Below, one piece after another: positions 37,294 to 50,969 of a stretch of 64,000 nucleotides of DNA. The DNA comes from Podarcis cretensis (lineage: Eukaryota): contig OX638150.1 in the NCBI GenBank assembly GCA_951804945.1, positions 50,406,001 through 50,470,000 of the forward strand. The letters are read 5' to 3'. The translations under genes were made by a program, and so were the position numbers. Every line of letters begins with the position of its first letter. Position 1 is the first letter of the stretch. A model generated the notes under the pieces. That model searched no databases. It was not told the DNA's origin and saw nothing but the letters and a program-made list of their open reading frames with translations.

Positions 37294-37586
37294 GAAGGAT
37301 GCCAGATCATAAATAATTGAGCACCACTAAATTAGACGCAATCTGGATGATAAGTGAGATTGAGGAAAATATAAACCTTTTGGAGAATTATTAGATTAAA
37401 TTAAATGAATGAGATTTAAGAATGTAAACAAGTTGATAAATTGCTGGAAAAAGTTTTACAATGATGCAAGTGGGAGCGGGAGACGTGAGGGAGTCCAAAG
37501 AAGCTTTGAAAATATGTTATGATACATGTCATATTGTTTATTATTTTTGCATTTAAAAAATCTCAATAAATATTTATTAAAAAAAA
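33660..37586 (+). mobile_element. 5'-truncated LINE-1 (L1 clade) insertion, antisense to HTR4
   Basis: 14-bp TSD AATTATGGAGTCTG (33646-33659 and 37587-37600). AATAAA at 37565 and a poly(A) tail. Uninterrupted ORF2. Confidence 0.95.
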
Positions 37587-37979
37587 AATTATGGAGTCTG
37601 ATGGCAAAGAGATTAGACTCCGTCCCTCATTTGAAGTTAGAGGCAACTGTATTAATGTAGGAGGATAAAAGAGAAACAGAGGATGAGGTCAAAAACTTAC
37701 TCATCTTGTACAGAGTCCTGTCTGCAACAGAAGACCATAAAAGATATTTAAGGCAAGGGAGATATGTGAGGAGCTACAAAAAAAAAATTATGGAGTCTGA
37801 TGGCATAGAGATTAGACTCCGTCCCTCATTTGAAGTTAGAGGCAACTGTATTAATGTAGGAGGATAAAAGAGAAACAGAGGATGAGGTCAAAAACTTACT
37901 CATCTTGTACAGAGTCCTGTCTGCAACAGAAGACCATAAAAGATATTTAAGGCAAGGGAGATATGTGAGGAGCTACAAA
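37579..37979. repeat. 199-bp tandem duplication starting in the L1 poly(A) tail
   Basis: A10-TTATGGAGTCTG...GAGCTAC occurs at 37579 and again at 37778; one mismatch seen (GGCAAAGAG/GGCATAGAG). Confidence 0.93.
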
Positions 37980-40387
37980 GCAGATATGGGTATATTGCTC
38001 ACACAATGTGTGGGCTGCTTTCTTGTTTAAAAAATACAAGATAAATCCCATAATTGCTTCTGTAGAAGTTTAGCCTTTTAAATGAGGGAAAGATGTAGCA
38101 AGAACTACCAGGATGTCCCCTTTTCACTTCTGTTTTCTCTCTTAATTCCTTCTCTGGGTGACACTCCCCTATATAAGAAGTCACTTAAATGTAGTGGTAT
38201 TTAGTTGTAATAAAGTGTTGCATAGGACAGAGGTTTCACAACACTGCAAAAAATGCACCTCTGTTTTCATGTACTTGGAGGAGTGTTTTAGGCAACTCAC
38301 ATTTTGTCTAATGGCAGATCCAAACTGACCTATTGGAATAAAGATGGACAGATTTTACACCTGCACGGTTCACTCTACAGAAACTAACTGCTTTAACTAT
38401 GCCAACCCAAGACTATGAAGCTGCCTAAAATTATCAACAGAGGTATGCAATTCAATAAGTTGCCTGTTTCACCCAAGAGACATACATAGAAGAAGAAAGA
38501 AATATAATTCCCCCCAGAAATGTTCTGCAGTCAAATATCTGGGCATATGGATAATGCAAAATCTGAGTAACTTATCAAAATATAACCACAGGAAATGATT
38601 ACATAAAGTTAGAAATGAACTTAAATCATTGGGCACAACTAAATATATCGTGGTTGGGGAAGATGGTCATTTAAAAATGATATTAGCAAAAGTTTTACAA
38701 TCACTTTGCTGGAAAATTGAGCCTTTTCATCACGTAGTGGTGCAATAAAGTGCAAGGCAAACCCCATAGATTGGGAAAATTATAAAATCAATGTTCACAA
38801 TTTAATGAAGTAACTAGTATTAGTGGGGGTTGCTATTTGGGAGTGGGTTGGTAGTTTTTCTTCTTGTTATTTTATATTGCTGTTATATTTATTTAAAAAC
38901 AGACCACAAATACATATATTAAAAATAGCACTTCAGCAAGAATCTGCCCAAATTTCTTTTCAGAAAACTCTGGGGAAGGAACCAAAAGACACTTGGTAAC
39001 ACTGTGTTTGTAAGCAGCTTTCGGTAACAGCTTGAGAGATGAGAATGAAAATGGATGAGCCCTTTATGTGAAATTACGCAACCATCTCATTGTCAAAGCA
39101 GCTGCTGAAAGCAATTGCTGAAAGCATTTGCCAGCTTTTTGATGGGGGGGGGGGAGTATGTACATTGTCAAGAGCTCTGCTACGTCAGAAAAGGCTCAGA
39201 AGTAGAAAAGGTCGTAGACTGAATACAGGCATAGTCCACCAGATATTTAAAAATAGACTTTGAATGAAGCAAAACAGTTTGTGTTCTGTAGGACGGGAAA
39301 AGCAAGTTCCTGAAAATAGTTTCTTCAGGTAACCTAGTCCTATGAGATGCTGCATTGTGATAGTGCTCCATAGTATTGAATAGTAAGTTTCTTTTGGGGG
39401 GGGGGAACCTTTAAATATTCAGAGAGACAAAGGTCATTAAGGAAGAAAACAGAGAATCAGTGTGAATCTTCTTGAACTGACTTTCCAGACATCACCAATC
39501 CCTTCAGCTCCCAATTTGTTTAACAGGATGAACTACCACATTAAATCAGGAAGACGAACCACCAAGATGCTCCCCCCAACAACATGCACTGGGCAGTGAC
39601 AGAATTTGTTCTACAGGCCAGCCACAGCTCTGCAACTAGGATGCCATTTCTGACCTTTGGGATCCTGAAAAGGAAACATTTAACACCACTTCGCTCCAAT
39701 TTTTTCTGCAGCTGTGGAATAGCTAATGAGTCATTTTGTGTTCCCTCATCAGAAAATTATCTTGTAGCAAAGCCTTACTGAACAGAGAGTCTTTGTTGCT
39801 TTCTGATTACTGTTCCTTATTGATGTTAACAATTCCAGCGAGAAAACAAAAGTTCTCAGAGTGTTGTTCTCTCTGACACCCCGCCTGCACTAAATCATAC
39901 AGCAACACTAAAACTATCTCTCTCATTCTAGTCTTTCTCCCTCCTTCCCTGCCCACAGTTTCTATTCTGTGATGGAGGACTTAGAGGCTTGCACCAAGAA
40001 TGTCAAGAGCTACCATGGACTGCTCCTGTCAGGGATTGGCAGGCAAAATGAATACACTGTACTAATCAGACTCGATATAAATAGCAAATAAGGAAACTCT
40101 TCACTTGATCAACCTTTGGCTTGCTGCACTTCTCAAGGCAAACTGCTGACCTGAAAGAATCTGGGCTGGAGAATATACCTTCCCGTTCTGGATTGAGTAA
40201 TTGCTTCCCATTGCCCAAGCTTGGATTTATCCTGAGGTTGCTGGATACAGATTTTTATTGTGTGTTCCTCAATAAATAACTAAACTACATTCACAATATA
40301 GCTGGTTGCCTGGGGCACTAGGACTAATAAAAACTGTATGCCTCTTTTGTCTTCTGCTGCCATCTATTTTTTGTTGTTGTCACCTGC

Positions 40388-40748
40388 CTCGAGAGACAAT
40401 GGTGTGCACCTCCAGGGCTGAAGTCAAGCTGCTGGAGAATCACAGTGCTTGCTGTGGCTGTGGAGACCGGAAACTCATAACTGATGCCTCCCACCAAAGT
40501 GACCTCCCTGGGGCTCACACCTGGGCAGTGCATATGGAGGTCCTTGGCTGCCTAGATAACAAGACCTGCCCCCCGCCGTCTTGGCCTCACTTGCTACTGT
40601 GGTCCAAGGGAAAGCACACACAGAGAATCAGTTTCAGGAGCAAATGACATTTGGCACCAGCTTAGCTGCAGGACTTGCTGGAAGATGCAGCACAAGATGC
40701 AGTCTTCTTGACTCCACTCTGGATTTGTGTAGGGTTTATGCCTTAACC
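40388..40748 (+). repeat. Interspersed repeat, copy A (likely non-LTR-derived; inverted relative to 57175-57518)
   Basis: Blocks CTCGAGAGACAATGG, GAAGTCAAGCTGCTGGAGAATCACAG, GTGGTCCAAGGGAAAGCA and TCCACTCTGGATTT recur in reverse complement at 57175-57518. Confidence 0.7.
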
Positions 40749-43054
40749 ATCTACTACAAGCTGAGATACTCATACAACTGAATGATGACATCTTAAAAAA
40801 TAGCATGGCCAGTGACTGCTACTATGAAATGGCCAGGTTAGTACTATGCAAATCTTCCTCTGCATAGAAATCCACGCCATTATTCCATGGCCTTTTGGCT
40901 ATCACTTTTTGTGGGGAGGAGGGTCTTATCAGGGGGGTTCATGCCAGAGAGGAGACAGTTTCTTGATCAGCTGACAGGTAGAAATCAGACAGGCTGCTGG
41001 TGCAGAGGAAACTTGGTGGCCTCCATTCGTGACAGAATGGCCAGATTTAAGAAAGGCAGCAGATTTGGGAGCTGTGAATCAGTCAGCGACCCTAGGTTGG
41101 CCCTCTAATGTTGTATGACTTCCTAGACCAGGAGTATTAAGAGCTGTGGCATGCATATCTCAGTTGGAATTACCTTTAGTTCCTCCTCTGACCATCAGGC
41201 CCTGGGTTGCGCCCAGAACTCCAGTCCAACTCACAAGGTTCTCAAGTTTAATCATGGTGGCACCTGATAATGCTGAGAAGAGCAGCTATTATACGCTTGA
41301 CCTGCCTTCCTCATTCAAGAGCGACTGCCATGGAAAATCCAAGGGTATTTGAAAAGTCAAACATTACCTATCATGCTATGATAATGGTTCAATATTTGCA
41401 ACCCCAACGGATTTTCCAGGTGGCATGACATCTGATGTAACTACTACACAAATAATACTTTCCTTTATCTAATTAAGCGGCTTGAACATAAGGTGAGGTT
41501 GGTTGGTGCATCTCTTCATTACACAGGAGAACAGTAGGAACAGAGGGAAAGTCTGAACAGGTTTCTAACATTCAACATGAACAAATATTGATCTTGCATG
41601 TTAGACAGAAAGGTTATCCCTTTGATGTCCGAAGCCAACCAAATTGGACAAGCAGTAGAAAGAAGCTCTGAGCACCTAAGATCAAGGTCCCCACTTTGTC
41701 TGAAACACTGTATGAAGCTCTTCACCTAACAGTGATCAATCTGTCTTTCATTCTCATTCTCCAGATTCTCATGGTACTAAACTAACATTGTACAAATTTT
41801 GTGCTAAGACCTCTGAGATATGAAGACGTGAATGCCATGAATAATGGAAAACAAATATAACTGTTACTCAAATGAAAGGCCATGTGGGGGAAAGCAAGGA
41901 TGGATTTTATACCAAGCAGTGGCTATGCTGGTGGCTAAAAAGCATTCAGATGCAATCAGATTAGAAATCCTGAAAACACAGATAAAGTTTTAATTTATCA
42001 GCAAAGACTTCTTGCTAATTAAAAAATTCGATTCAAGGTAGCAGACACTGAATAAGGGTTATTACCATTATTGCCAGTCCAGGAGAATGCAAATGTGATA
42101 CCTGATAAGGAGGCAATGTTTCTGCTGACAGAAGTGCTTCATGCTTCATCTCATACCATCATAGCTATTCTTACACTTCAGTGATTGGAAGAACATTCTG
42201 TTACGCTCTTAAAGAAAATTCATGAACACTAAGACTATGAAAAGCTATCAGTCATGATAGCTACATAATACATCCAGAATCAGAGCCAGGTACACCACTG
42301 AGAGAGGGCTTTTGCTCCTATGACCTGCTTGTGGAATTTCCAGAGTTATCCAGTTGGCCACAGTGAGATGATGATGGACTAGATAGGCCTTTGGCCTGAG
42401 GCAGCAGGGCTTCCTTAGGAAAGGAAAAAGAAGATGACAGAAGAATCACAACCCTGAAGGATTTTGTGAAGTGGGAAAGCAAAATAGAGATGACTAGTAA
42501 CTGTCAAATATGGATGCAGGCAAGCCACTGGGAGCAAGCATAGCTGCCTGCATCTCATCTGTGAGAGAAGCATTAATGGAACACCTGGGAAATTGTTGCC
42601 AATGGGCTTCAGCGACCCATAAGGACATTATATTCCTATTATATGCCAATGCTCCCAAACTGCACAATGCAAAAACTAATTCATTATGCAAGCTGGTTGG
42701 GCAAAGCATATTGAAATAGGAAACAGTCATGCATATGAAACAACACAGATATTTAATTTGCTGAAACAATATTTAATTTAAGTTACTTAGCATGCATACT
42801 CAAGTCAGAAATACAATGTCACAGGACTGACAATTACACTGAAACCAAATTGTGGACATCCGGTGCAACCTTAAGCAGCAAGGTCATTGTTTTTCATTAT
42901 CCTTCAAAACAATGACTCTGTTTTGGAAGACCTAAAGAGATATGCTATGGCTGTGATACATTGCGAGAGAAGGAAGACATAGATCCACCTTTACTCCTCA
43001 CACTAGCCCTTGGTGTGGCATACCCAGAGTCCTGTTACTGTAGGTAGGGTGGCA

Positions 43055-43344
43055 ACTGGGAAACAGTGGCCTGCAAGCGCTCCAGTTGGAGAACAGCCTT
43101 TACCAAAGGTGTCATGGGCTTTGAAGACACTTGAACTCAGGGCGCAAAGGGGAAATGTGCTAAGAGGAAGGCATGCTTGGCAAATCCACACCATGATCAA
43201 CTCCCACCCGGAAACCAATGTCCCCACTGTGGAAGGACGTGTGGGTCCAGAATTGGCCTCCACAGTCACTTATGGACTCATTATTAAAACCGTGTCTATG
43301 GAAGACAATCTTACTCGGCTACGAGTGATCGCCAAAGAAGAAGA
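43055..43344 (+). mobile_element. RTE-clade LINE 3' fragment with (GAA)n tail
   Basis: 13-bp TSD AGGTAGGGTGGCA. The frame reads WETVACKRSSWRTAF...CPHCGRTCGSRIGLHSHLWTHY*, the C2H2-like C-terminus of RTE ORFs, with one internal stop. Confidence 0.85.
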
Positions 43345-44862
43345 AGGTAGGGTGGCACAGGGGAAATATGACCAGGATCTCTCTATGCATGGTGGTAGTA
43401 GATTTCAAAGGTACAGGGCAGAGCTTGCAGCTGTGCCTTGGCAATCCAATTTATACTTGCTATTTTCCCAACTAAAACAACAGTGGCATCTGTCAAAATT
43501 GTAGAGGCAGGTTATTAATTGAGTTGCACACTTTTTTTTCTTCTCTCAGCTTTTAAAAACAATATATTACTAATAAGCAACCCATGATAAATATGAAAAC
43601 AAAATATTAAGCACCAAACATTAAATTGTCAAGCTATGGTGGGGTGAGGGTCTTGAATTGTTGGCATCTGAATTTCAGCACTTCAGCCTCCAGCTGGAGA
43701 ACCACAAGAACAGCCTTACTCTAAAGATATGTATCTTTTCTGTATCCAAGCAAACTCTGTCTCCAGTTTGGTCAGCTCTATATAAAAGAGCCCACAATAC
43801 ACCTGGGAGAAATTGTCATGCCAAAGGCAGTTCCTAAAATGCAGATTGGTTCACAGTCTCTGATACTGACTTGACTCTTAAGTTCAGCTCATACCTGCAC
43901 TACTGCTTGCTAAATCTACCAAGGGAAGATCCACAGCACACATTTAAAGTTACAAGACTTCTCCCAAAGAATCATGGCAGCTGTAGTTTCCTCATAACAG
44001 AGCTATAATACCCAGCACTCTTAGCAAACTAAGTTCCAGGATTCTTTGCGTGTGTGAATAATTATGTTACAGATCTGTGCTAAGCCTTGGCTTCTGGTTT
44101 GTTGTGGTTTGCCCCACAGACCATTCCAGCATTCTCTTTCTTAGGCTTCCAGGCTATACCTAGCTCAGACACCGACAGCGATTTCATGCTGCTTATATCC
44201 CAGCATGGCAATAACAATTTAAAATAAAGTTGAATGCATCAGCATGCCAGTGGCTTCCAGGCTCAAGGTGTCCTGGATGTAAATATATTCATCTCCAGAG
44301 TCAACACCACACACAAGGATGGCTTTATCTCAAATCTTATAACAAAAGGTTTCAGCATTCAATGTTATCTCTCTCTTCCAGTGTAGACTCCTATTAGAAT
44401 ACATTTTACTTACTGTTGGTATTTTGAAGCTCTAACTCCCATTTGCTACCCATCCTTCTACATTCTCCCATTGTAGAAGATAAACATCTTGATTTTATTC
44501 AGTACAACTATAAGAGGTTCTCTCCTTTGCAGGATTTATAACTCTTGCTACTGAAACTTTCAAAGCTGGGTAACTGCAGCCCTATTCAGAACACTGTGCA
44601 AGACTGAACGTTAGTGCCCTGCAGCCATAGGTTGGGATGCTCACAGGAGCCTGATTATCCACACTGTCAGAGCATCCAAATGCATAGGAACTGTCAGATA
44701 CAGATGGGTCTATTTTGTAAATGGTACACATTGAGAATATTACTCCAGGCACTAAAAGGAATGTAAACTGCTAAATGCAACAGAAAGAAGCTTTGTTAAG
44801 AAGTGTGGATTCATTCATCATGCCAGAGCATATTATGATTGCAGCTACAACACATACTAATA

Positions 44863-45104
44863 CAGTGGTACTTCGAGGTACATACACTTCAGGTTACATA
44901 CGCCTCAGGTTACAGACTCCTCTAACCCAGAAATAGTACCTCGGGTTAAGAACTTTGCTTCAGGAAGAGAACAGAAATTGTGCAGTGGCAGCGCGGCAGC
45001 AGCGGCAGGCCCCATTAGCTAAAGTGCTGCTTCAGGTTAAGAACAGTTTCAGGTTAAGAATGGACCTCCAGAACAAATTAAGTACTTAACCCGAGGTACG
45101 ACTG
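44863..45104 (+). mobile_element. Tc1/mariner (Tigger-like) MITE, copy 3 of 4
   Basis: TA-CAGTGGTACTTCGAG...CCGAGGTACGACTG-TA; body matches copies 1, 2 and 4. Confidence 0.88.
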
Positions 45105-48100
45105 TACACAGCTAGAATACATCTGGTTGGCCACTGTGAGAACAGGATGCTGGACCACTGGCCTATGTGGAAATCTTAAGATATTGTCAGGTCCTACTTC
45201 CTGCTGGTCACTTGTTCTTCCTGTAATATTCACATGAAGCAGGGTCGGCATCAGCACCTGCCACAAGGCTCCCCAGCACTTATTCCTGTCCTGTCAGTTG
45301 AGAGCTACCATGTCAAAATCCCTGCAATATCTCAGAGCACCCAACACAGTGCTGCTCCAGTGCATTTCAAAACATTTGATTTCCCCCCAAATTCATTTGC
45401 AATTGGATGGGCCCATAAAGGGCATCGTCAAACCTGGAATCAGCCCTGTACACAAGAGCAATTTCATGATTGCGCCTCTAAGGAAATCATTCCAAAACAT
45501 TCCCCACATACTCAAAAGTTACATGGAAAAAGCTAACAGAGAGATTGTTGAGTATATCACACCTACTCAGCAAATGCAATTATCACAGTAGCTTCATATA
45601 AGAAGATTTAGTAAGGATCATTAATATGTTAATAGACATTCCAAATACTGGAAGGATCAAAGGTGTTAAGATTAAAACATATCTCAAGGTGATAAACCCT
45701 ACACATAATATTTCATTGTTAAACCATTTCTAAAAACAACTTTAACACAATTATCACAAGGACAGCAAGATGCTATAGCCATGGATAATGGGGCAGGGGA
45801 TGCCACAATTAAATTCGCTAAACTTCCAGACAGAGCCAAAGTACTTGTACTCTTGTGATTATTTTTTGCCTCAGTAATTGCAACAGTCAACAAATAATTA
45901 AAGAGAAACTGGATGTATTTTAGACATTGAAGGTATTCAGCTTTAGTGCAATTAAACAACTCAGTCAATTTTTCCTGCTTTGATTCTGCACCTAGACACT
46001 GATTCCTGCAGACGCTACTGGCCTTTGCCCTGTAATGGCAGGACTTAAAACAGCAGCACATACCATTTGGGTTAATGATCTGTCATCAATGTGATGCGGC
46101 TTGATGGTGCTTATATAATGAGAATTCAGGCTTCATGTCTCCTATCGATCCAGCAGCCACAATAGCATGCTTGACTGTTGTATCTGTAACATTCATGCTG
46201 GATTAGATATCCAAGATGCCTGATCTTTAAATGTAAAGCAGAAGGGTTTGGAAGACTAACACAATGCTTGACAGTGAGGGCATTTCTGAAAATACTAAGA
46301 AAGAGGGCCAGATATTTAAAACAACAGCAAACATGAAAGGGAAAGAGACAGAGATCATTGCTAAGGCAGTCAGACAGGTTTTCCACTAGCCTTTTATGTC
46401 CTGCTGTGTGCTTTCTCATCTGCCTCTATTTACACTTTCCCCCTCCTAGTGGTTGCGGGGGAGGGGGGGACCACTCAGGGTTCACTTCCCTGACAAGGAC
46501 ACCTGCTGCTTGAGAAACCTCAGGATGGTGGGTAGGAGCAATGATGATAAAATTACCTCTACAGCAGGCAGTTCACATATATTTCAGCAAGAGAGGGGTG
46601 ATGTTTATACCTTTAGAGCTGCCTGGACTTTAAGCTTTACAGCTTTTGAAAATGCACAAACACTCTTTGTAGGAGTGTTGACAATGCTCTTAAGGTGTCT
46701 CTGTATTCTAACTGTTAATCTGTCAAAGGCAAAGCAATAGTGAACTATTGTAAATGGATTGCCGCACCGAAACAAATAGATGGTCAGTTCAAGCTCATTG
46801 AGTAATGTTTTTCTGTCAATGTTCCATTCCAAAGATATTCTGGACTAGGTCTTAAATACCAGAAATGGTATAGCTGTTTCTCAACTTCAGACAGCAGTTG
46901 GTTGCTCACACCACTGAACATTCTTCCAGACCAGCACATAGCTGACTACCTTGCAAGGACAGGAGTTCTAGCCTGATATTTCCAGCACACTTTATACATG
47001 CATGGGTGTTTATTTTTAATGGAAGAAAATCCAATCATGTGAGCCCTAACCAGGAGTCTGGAGTGGCCACAAACCCAAACCATGTTTCCTTCACCATAAA
47101 CTACAGGTTGCCATCTCTCCCCCTCATGTACCAATGTACATATCTTACAAATAAGGACACTTTATGCATCCAGGCATGGTTCCACAAAAGCTTAGTGTAT
47201 CACAGTATTTTGAGTTTCTATTTTTTTATAAAAAAAAATCATCAATCAACTTTTTTTTAAAAAGTCCTTTAAAATTTCACCAGGATTTAGTACATATTTC
47301 CTCCAATATATACATTTTTGCAGTTTTCACAATACTATGCATTTCTGTATGTTATTTTCACTAACATATGCATTTACATACATACTTTCCCCTAATATAC
47401 ACATGTTTTGGTTGGGGAATTGCATCATAAAATTTGGAATGTGAATTTCAAAAAGATAACTTCATTTTGGCTCAGAAATGGAGGATTTCTCCTGGCCCTA
47501 GGTATCGTCTATGACTGGTTGGAGTTGCAGACAGCTGTGAAGCCAAGGCACAAAATACAGCAAGATGCCCAGCATCCTGGAGATGCCAACCAATACTGGC
47601 AAAACACCTTGTCAAAACAAAAGCAAAAGTGCAAGACAGCTCATTAAAGAAATGCCAGCTTTCTTTTCATTTCTTATGATGTCTTGTTTAATTATCTCTG
47701 AAGTTCAGTTCTGGGATTTTAAAATGCATTTTCAAAGTAGAAGTTAATGAAGGTTAAATTCTAAGTAAGTGGGCCTTTAAACCGATTCATTTTGAAATTA
47801 AGATGGATAATTAAGAAAGCAGGTAGCTTGTGGTGCTGTGAAAAGTGAATTCTTCCTTCCCTTTATCATAACAGCATTTGCTGAGAGATATCTGTACAAT
47901 ATGTTTCCATTAATCTGTAGATACTACCCATACTGCTTTTAGCCTCTTTCATCACCTGCCTCCACCTCAGCCTCTCTTTTGAAGTTCTTGCTTTTTCAGC
48001 AAAAGGGCCATGAAATTACTTTCAGTTCCCACAGTGGAAAGTCAACATGGAAGCTGAATTTTGGTTGAAGCAAAGCCATTTCTTCTGCCTTGAATGGGAC

Positions 48101-50749
48101 AATCAGCACTCAGCATGCAAGTTTGTCTGCCCATGGCAGCATTTGCCCTGATGAAAATAGTTTGTTGCATGCTGCTAACCAAATGTTGGGTTCAGATTGC
48201 CATGCATCTCTCCCCAGGGGAAAGATTATTCCTTCATGTGTATTTCCTGTGTTCAGTGTGCTGCCATTGCCCAATATTTTATGTCGGTATTGACTACAAG
48301 AAAAATTAAAACACATATTTGTGAACATGAGCATCACATAAGAACAAATAAATCACAGGCTGTATTAGTAAAATTCCTTTCTTGCATGTAAGCATGACAG
48401 GGAATCCCCACAATTTTGCTGTGTAGAATGAGTACAAACCTCAGGGGAAGAATTGTATAAACAGCTAAAAATTAGAGAAGTATTTTGGAAACATAAGTTA
48501 GGTACTTTGTTACTAAATAGTTGCAATGAAAATATGGACTGGAAAAGGACAACACATACTGTTTCATGTATTGATTTACTTAATACATATTCTAGCTATT
48601 TCTTGTGAGTTTTTGGCTGCGTAAAAAATATTAGCATGGCATGCATTGTATGTATATGTTTGCTGTGTACTGGAGTTTTAGCTTAAATCTACACACAACA
48701 TATCTGTGGCACAAAGATTAATGATTTTATGTCTAGCTCCTTCTCCTGTTAAGGTACAAATCAGGGTCAAACTGTGAGCATTCCCCCCTGCCAGCAATTA
48801 ATTCCAGTTATCTGTAGCTGAACAAAAGAGGGTTTCTTTCAATGCCAGTTTTACCTTTTTTTTTCTCTTATTCTGCAGTAAATTTAAGACACTGACTTCA
48901 CTAAAGACCAGGACCCACTTCTGTCAACAGTGAAAGAACATGTTTTCCACAGTCCTGGGCGGAGAACTCAGAAATATGAAAATACCAAAAGCTTTCCTCC
49001 AACCTCTAGTACTATCTATAAACCAAATGACTATTATATGTAAGGCAGAGTCACTGCGGACCCACTTGCAGTGACCCCTCCCCCAGGAAGCAAGGCCTAA
49101 CCCATGAAGGTGAACAAACTGGACATGACTTGCTGCTCCAGGGGGACAGGCTTGCCTTGGACTTTATTGAGTGGGAATGGACCTCCTGATTATCAAGAGT
49201 GATGTGTGTAAGTTCCTCATCAATGGCCCCTGGGCAGGTTATTTGGAGTCAACATCCACCATACCCCTGGCAGTACACCTGAGACCCCCACCATCTCCAC
49301 CATAGCCTACTACCCAAGGACCCTAGCTGGTTCCACATCTGGCTGAGTTGGCATAACAACCAACTTCATATGTATTTTACACATTTTAATGAACTGAATA
49401 TAACATGGGGGCGTGCAGAGTGTGTATACGTGCTTAGCTTTTTTATTAGTTGCTATATGGGGAGAGGGGAGTGGCCTAATGCCAGGGCTGGATGGGGAGG
49501 GCCAGTTGGCTGCTTGATGCTCCCTCACTCACCCACCTCCTGTGGCTTTGCCGGCCAGTGAGGAGGCCTCCTGTGCCCAGCTTTGGGAAGAAGGCAGCAG
49601 GGCTCCAAGGCCCTGTCAGCAGTGCTCCTCCTTCCCTAAGCTGGGCAAATACTTCCCGAGCTTGGGGGGAAAGGTGTGATGCTCTAACAGGGTCCAAGAG
49701 CCCCCCTTCCTCGCAAAAAGGTGGTGGTACTGTTGGGTACTTCCAGGAAAAAACGCACTGATTTTACCACTTAAAGGATGTGATTTAAAGCCCACGATTT
49801 TCATAATGTGGTACTGTTTGGGTGATGATACTAATTAAGAATTAAAAATATGAGTTATGTATGTGCTTTGATATGTAAACAAACAAACCTTTATTAACTG
49901 GTCCACCAAATGGTCTACAAAAAAAGAAGTTTGAGAGCTACCAGCCTAGAGTTTGTTTTTTTACTTAGGTGGAGAGCAAAATCCAACAGGACTAATATAG
50001 CTACAGGCTACTCAGGATTCTTTTAAGAACGACATTCTGTTAAATGTAATGAAGTCTTCCCCATCAAAGTATCAATTTAAAAGCTCTTCAGAGAGAGGGA
50101 GAGTAATAAAAAGCATACACAAAAAAGCAACGCATAATGATATTTGCAGGCAAGTATATGAAGAAGAGTTGAGAAAAAAAGGTTCTACAATAAATGTAGC
50201 AAATGAATGCAAATGCCACTGCTTTGACAAATATATGAATGTTACATCTAAGCAAAATACATAAATTTAATTAAGAACTTGAAACTTCTAATGTTTTCAA
50301 TCCTCTAAAGAAACTCTTCTATGTCCAAACTGAGGAAATTAGGCAAGCTGTTTTCTATTATACAGAGATGTTCACCATTAGGATATACGAAAGGAAACAT
50401 ACCCATGACCTTTGATTCCTCGCAAAGATGGAAGCCAGTTGCATCATTTTCCTGTCACTCCTAAACTGTATGCATTATAGTTTGATGAAAACTGAAGCTT
50501 GTAACTTAAGGCATTGGAAGCTAGAGATAACTCCTTTCTCTATGCTGGGATGCATGTATGTAGACCACCACACCCACTCTGGCAACACTAATAAGTCACT
50601 ACAGCCCTGTGGAAAGCAGGATTCAAATGTTATGCTTTTTGTTTTGTTTTTTACTATTTTACTATTTACTATTTTACTTTTCTATTATGAACTATCAAAA
50701 GTGCATTAATAAATCCATAGACATCTGCAACTGGAACAATCCCAAAGTA

Positions 50750-50969
50750 AAAACAAAATAAAAAAATTTCTTCCAATAGCACCTTAAAGACCAACTAAGT
50801 TAGTTCTTGGTATGAGCTTTCGTGTGCATGCACACTTCTTCAGATACACAGTGTGCATGCACACGAAAGCTCATACCAAGAACTAACTTAGTTGGTCTTT
50901 AAGGTGCTACTGGAAGAATTTTTTTTATTTTGTTTTGACTATGGCAGACCAACACGGCTACCTATCTGT
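50750..50969. mobile_element. Penelope-like element remnant with inverted terminal (pLTR) segment
   Basis: 12-bp TSD AATCCCAAAGTA. 87-bp inverted repeat (50750-50836 / 50850-50936). Contains TAGCACCTTAAAGACCAAC and GAAAGCTCATA, typical of reptile Penelope ends. Confidence 0.8.
50810..50847 (-). ncRNA. Minimal type I hammerhead ribozyme motif (Penelope-type)
   Basis: Minus strand GUAU-CUGAAGA-A-GUGUG(CAUG)CACAC-GAAA-GC-UC-AUAC: core boxes CUGANGA and GAAA, stem II, stem I GUAU/AUAC, and a rudimentary palindromic stem III. Confidence 0.7.

Noticed and set aside
43010-43504. 164-aa ORF spanning the RTE fragment
   Set aside because: It is in a different frame from the RTE protein remnant and crosses both insertion boundaries; a chance ORF.
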